Source of the DNA: Candidatus Bathyarchaeota archaeon
Lineage (GTDB): Archaea > Thermoproteota > Bathyarchaeia > TCS64
Reading direction: 5' to 3'
Length of the DNA stretch: 64,000 nucleotides
Assembly: GCA_963769425.1 (NCBI GenBank)
Contig: CAVYLP010000001.1
Coordinates: 224,001-288,000, forward strand
Shown: positions 59,516-64,000 of the stretch, one piece after another
Layout of the letters: each line of letters starts with the position of its first letter
Numbering within the stretch: the first letter of the stretch is position 1
Program-made: the position numbers and the translations under genes
Notes under the pieces: model-generated
What the model was told of the DNA's origin: nothing
Seen by the model: the letters and a program-made list of their open reading frames with translations, nothing else
Database searches by the model: none

Positions 59516-62285
59516 TTATTCTTCGAACTAGGTATTTCCTCACTTCATCGATCACTAGGACAGCGGGCGCCAGTAGGAAGAGTGCCAGCCAGTCCGCTGG
59601 GGGTAGCGCCGCAGTCCCGAAGATGGGCTGGAGGAAGGGCGCGTAGACGATTAGTGCGAGTAGCCCCAGCTCGACGAGTATGCCAATCGGTATCCACCTG
59701 TTGCTTAGCGGGTTCGACTTGAGCGACGAGTGGAGGCCGACGCGTGTCGAGATGAGGTTCCCGAGCTGCCCCGCCATGATTCCCACGAGCACTGCGGTCG
59801 TGCCCATCGCGTAGACCCGAGCGTCAGCTATGGAGCTGACACCGTAGTGCCAACCTCCTCGACCCCAGACGTTGAAGGCGTACAGAACCGCGACAGTACC
59901 GACAATCGCGCCGATGACCGCAGCCCGCTCCAGCGTCTCACCGCCCATCAGCTTGACGCTCCTCGCCCTTGGCGGCCTCTCGAGGACATCCGACTCCGGC
60001 GGCTCGGTGATGAGGGCGAGTGAGACGGGTATCTCGAGGAGCAGGTCGATGGCGAGGACCTGGATGACTAGGAGCGGGAGGGGGATACCGAGGATTATGA
60101 AGGCGACGAAGGTGACGAGCTCGGCGAAGTTGTGGGTGTAGACGTAGTAGACGAACTTGCGGAGGTTGTCGTACGTCGCCCTCCCCAGCCTCAGCCCCTC
60201 GACGATTGATGTGAAGTCGTTGTCGAGTAGCACCATGTCCGCGGACTCCCGCGCCACGTCGGTGCCGCCCGCACCCATCGCGATGCCCACGTTCGCCTCG
60301 ATCAGGGCGGGGGAGTCGTTCACACCGTCCCCTGTCACGGCGACTATCTCGCCCTTTCCCATCAGGGCCTTCACGACCCTTAACTTGTGCTCAGGCGTCG
60401 TCCTCGCGAACACTATCTCGGGTGTGTCTAGTACTCTCGATAACTCGTCGTCGCTCATTTTGTTCAACTCCGAGCCCGTCACCGCGACGTGCTTCGAGTC
60501 GGATATTATACCGACCTTCCTCGCCACAGCCTCGGCGGTGAGCTCGTGGTCGCCCGTGATCATGATGACCCTGACGCCGGCCATTTTCGCCTGTTGGACA
60601 GCTGCCTCCGTCTTCGGCCTAGGCGGGTCATGTAGGGCCGCGAGACCTAGGAACGTCATGTTGGTCTCTACGAGCTCCGATTTCGCCTCCACCCCCGGTG
60701 ATAGTTCTCTAGACGCTAGGGCGAGGACTCTGTAGCCGTCTGAGGCGAAGGTGGTTATCTGACGGGCCACCTCGTCCCTCATCGCATCAGTGAGAGGCTC
60801 GATCTTCCCTCCGTAGAAGACGGAGGTGCAGCGGGCGAGCACGTCGTAGCATGAGCCCTTAGTGTAGGCCTTCCAGACCCCGCTGGGGGTGCTATGGATG
60901 ACTGTCATCATCCTCCTCGCCGAGTCGAAGGGTAGGAGCCCCGTTCGGGGACTCTCCGCGAGGGCGGCGACGGCGTTGAAGTCACCCTTGCCGGCGAAGA
61001 CTAGGAAGGCGCCGTCCGTGGGGTCACCGAGTACCGACCAGCGCCCGATCCGGTCGGTTGGGGCGACTAGCTTCGCGTTCGTGCAGAAGGCGGAGACCTC
61101 GAAGAGGCTTACGAGGTGGGGCCTCTCTTCGGGGTTTATCCTCCTACCCTCGACGGTGACGAAGCCCTCGGGGCTGTAGCCGTCCCCCGTGACCTCGAAG
61201 ACCTTCCCAGTTGCCCACAGCTTCTCCACCATCATCTCTCCGCTCGTGATCGTCCCCGTCTTGTCGACGCAGAGTACGGTCATTGAGCCAATGGTCTCTA
61301 TTGCGGAGAGGCGCTTGACGACGACGTGTCTCTTTGCCATGCCGAGGGCGGTGATGGCTAGGCTCAGGGAGACGGTTAGCTGGAAGCCCTCAGGGACGAG
61401 GCTGATCATCACGCCGATGGCGAAGAGTATGCTCTCGATGATAGTGAGGTTGACGAAGGTCTTGGCGACGAGGAAGAAGAGGGCGCCCACGGCGACGGAG
61501 AGGACGAGGTTGAGCTTCGCTGTCCTGTCGATGTCCCTCTGTAGGGGGCTGAGGGGGTCCTCGATCTGGCTTGAGAGGGCGACGATTCGCCCGAACTGGG
61601 TTTCCTTCCCAGTCGTGAGGACGACGCCCCTCGCCACGCCGGAGACCATCGTCGTGCCCGCGAAGAGGAGGTTCTGGTACTCCACCGAGTTGTTCACGGT
61701 CATCCCAGGCGTCATGTCGACGAAGCGTCCTCAGCGCCTCCGACTCGCCGGTGAGGATCGAGTTGTCGACTGAGACCTCGAAGGCGCTCATGAGACGGAG
61801 GTCAGCCGGGACTCTGTCCCCCTCGTCGAGGACGACGACATCCCCGGGCACGACGTCCGCCACCTCGACCTCCACCTCGACAGCGTTTCTGAGGACCTTA
61901 GCCTTCGTCGGGATCATCTTGGTAATGGTCTGGACGGCTTGCTCAGCGCGATATTCTTGGAAGATACTGAATGCGACGTTGATGATTACGACCGCGAGTA
62001 TCGCGGCACCCATCTGCACCGAACCCGGATCGTGGTAAGCGTATCCGCTGAAGAAGCTGAGACCCGAGGCGAATAGTAGGAGTAGGTTGAAGGCGTTCCT
62101 GATCTGGAGGATCGTTCTGCTTGTTAGGCTCCTCTTCTTGGCGGAAGGTAGTTTGTTGGGTCCATATTGTTGAAGCCGTCCGCTGCCTTATCCCCGGTCA
62201 GCCCATCTGGCCCTGACTGGAGTAGCCTGTAGACCTCATCGACCCTCGATAAGGCGTATTCGTCGTAGCTTGACTTCTCCCCCAC
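59499..62285 (-). CDS. Cation-transporting P-type ATPase (type II), several frameshifts in the 5' part
   Basis: LTGES, VPEG, DKTGT, MITGDH, TGDGVND; pieces 62124-62285, 61730-62019 and 59499-61715. Confidence 0.9.
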
Positions 62286-62418
62286 CCACCCTCCCCCCAG
62301 AAGCTTAATGCCTAAACTCTTGGTCTCTCCCCCCCCCACAGAATCTTATTGAATATGTAACTTCATTTGTGATTTAATTTGTGGTGCCTCTGGCACCGGT
62401 CTAAAAGACGGGGCCGAG

Positions 62419-62613
62419 TTACAACTCGGTCTTGGCGCACGTGATCTTGGCGAGGAGCTCGTCAGCTGCCTTTGCCTCGAGCTTTATGGTGAAGAGGTTG
62501 CCGGGGGTCCTCAGCTTGAGCTTGGTGACCTCACCGAGCTTCTTTACCTTGCACTCGCTCGCCTTCTCTGACAACTTGAGGAACTCGTCAACGTTTGTTA
62601 TTTCTTTCGGCAT
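62419..62613 (-). CDS. rpl38e: Ribosomal protein L38e
   Basis: MPKEITNVDEFL...KVKK...TKLKLRTPGNLFT; 64 aa. Confidence 0.8.
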   Translation of the reverse strand: MPKEITNVDEFLKLSEKASECKVKKLGEVTKLKLRTPGNLFTIKLEAKAADELLAKITCAKTEL

Positions 62614-62675
62614 ACCTGCCACCGTGTCTTGACAAGAGAAATGGAGGCTAATATTTAGCCTTTCGGTCGGGTGGG

Positions 62676-63935
62676 TCAGACCTCGAACTCGTCGTTCATG
62701 TTCGGGGCAGTGGCCTTTAGGCCCAACTCGTCCTGCGCCCACTGGGCGAGGAAGTCGCAGCTGTCCGACTCCCCGTGGATAACATAGAGATCGGGCTTCC
62801 CCTTCAGCCCCTTTATGAAGTTCTGGAGAGGGGTCGCGCCGGTGTGGCTGCTGAAGTCGAAGTGACGCACCTTGGCGGTGACCTTCTCATCCTTCTCCGC
62901 AACATTGAAGGTGCCCTGTTCAAGGAGCTTGTTGCCACCTGTTCCGGGGACCTGGAAGCTGACTAGGAAGACCGCGTTCTCTGGGCGGAAACCGAGTTTC
63001 TCCATGTAGAAGACGGCGGTTCCCCCCTGAAGCATTCCGCTTGGGGCGACTATCACGTTCGCCTGGCTGATTGCCTTCCGTCTATCCCTCCAACCACGTA
63101 CCTCTTGGACGCTCATGCATGCTTGCTCGAACTGGGCCGGGGTCTTGACGGCTTCTTGCTTATCGAGTAGTATGCGGTCTACGGCGCGGGCCATTCCATC
63201 GAGGACGATATTACCCTGGAAGCCGTGGGCGTGGAGGATGCTGAACATCTCTTGGCTTCTGCCCACTGCGAAGGCGGGGATGAGGACCTTGCCTCCGTCG
63301 TTGACGACGTCTTTGACTGCCTTGACGAAGTCTTCTTCGAGCTGTTTCCTCTCGGGGTGCTCGTGTGTGGCGTACGTTGATTCGATGATTACTGCGTCGT
63401 ACTTCTTCTTCGGGACCTTGGCCGCGATGCAGAGTCGGGTCTCGATCGTGTTGAAGTCACTTGTATAGAGGATGCTCTTTCCATTTACCTCGATGTCCAC
63501 CATGGCGGAGCCGGGGATGTGGCCCGCGTTCTGGAGGTTGAAGTTGATGTCCTTGAGCTTGACCTCCTGCCCGTAGGCGAGGTCGTTCCTCTGCTTCATC
63601 ATGTTATCGAGTTCGATGTACTCGAAGGGGAGGTAGTAGTTGTTGAGCTTGATCATGTCCTCGATGAGTATCTTCGATATGTCAGCCGTTGTGGCCGTGC
63701 AGAAGAGTGGTTTCTTCTCGCTGAGGTAGAACATGGGGACGCCGCCGCTGTGGTCCAGGTGGGCGTGCGCCAACACAATGCCGTCGATGTCTTTAGCCCT
63801 AACGTGTGCGGGGAACTCCGTCGGCTCCCCGACCTTCACGCCGTACTCCAGTAACAACTTCGCGTCGTTCGACTGAAGCACAATCGCATTACGACCTACC
63901 TCATGGGTTCCACCCATGAAACTTAACTTTACCAT
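62676..63935 (-). CDS. Beta-CASP metallo-beta-lactamase ribonuclease (aCPSF2-like)
   Basis: GGTHEVGR, HAHLDHSG, AGHIPGS, ESTY, PAFAVGRSQE, FSSH, IHGE. Confidence 0.92.
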   Translation of the reverse strand: MVKLSFMGGTHEVGRNAIVLQSNDAKLLLEYGVKVGEPTEFPAHVRAKDIDGIVLAHAHLDHSGGVPMFYLSEKKPLFCTATTADISKILIEDMIKLNNYYLPFEYIELDNMMKQRNDLAYGQEVKLKDINFNLQNAGHIPGSAMVDIEVNGKSILYTSDFNTIETRLCIAAKVPKKKYDAVIIESTYATHEHPERKQLEEDFVKAVKDVVNDGGKVLIPAFAVGRSQEMFSILHAHGFQGNIVLDGMARAVDRILLDKQEAVKTPAQFEQACMSVQEVRGWRDRRKAISQANVIVAPSGMLQGGTAVFYMEKLGFRPENAVFLVSFQVPGTGGNKLLEQGTFNVAEKDEKVTAKVRHFDFSSHTGATPLQNFIKGLKGKPDLYVIHGESDSCDFLAQWAQDELGLKATAPNMNDEFEV

Positions 63936-64000
63936 TGCTGTCTATACCTTGCCTAGGCAACGAAGCGACCCGCTGTTTACAGGCATATGAGCCTACGGAT

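Overview
Archaeal chromosomal segment, most consistent with Bathyarchaeia (TACK). The placement is inferred from Alba, eL14, eL38, archaeal aspS/pth2, NusA-like, DUF106-cmk-rpl14e and tRNA-Ile2. It holds about 60 CDSs, mainly housekeeping plus amino-acid/peptide catabolism (gcvPA/PB, M20/M28 peptidases, aminotransferases, OCD/AlaDH, arginase-like, korDABC, hydantoinase A/B), ABC/MFS/P-type transporters, a tusA-dsrE2-dsrEFH sulfur-relay cluster and a RadA-like/arCOG07300/PolB2 module. Many genes are split by 1-nt indels, which look like read or assembly errors. The most unusual stretch is the AT-richer 10.2-14.5 kb region around two divergent tRNAs. It contains seven (possibly eight) 21-bp quasi-palindromic TGTTCC-N9-GGWACA repeats preceded by phased 11-bp A-tract repeats and an AT-rich tract (origin/iteron- or centromere-like, no initiator nearby), a candidate structured RNA and small orphan ORFs. 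Other notable items are a single-Cys (AMDase-like) racemase-family protein, a KorB with an inserted ACT-like domain and a LuxE-like/radical SAM pair. No CRISPR array, rRNA or intact transposase/integrase was seen. All calls are from motif recognition, with no database searches.
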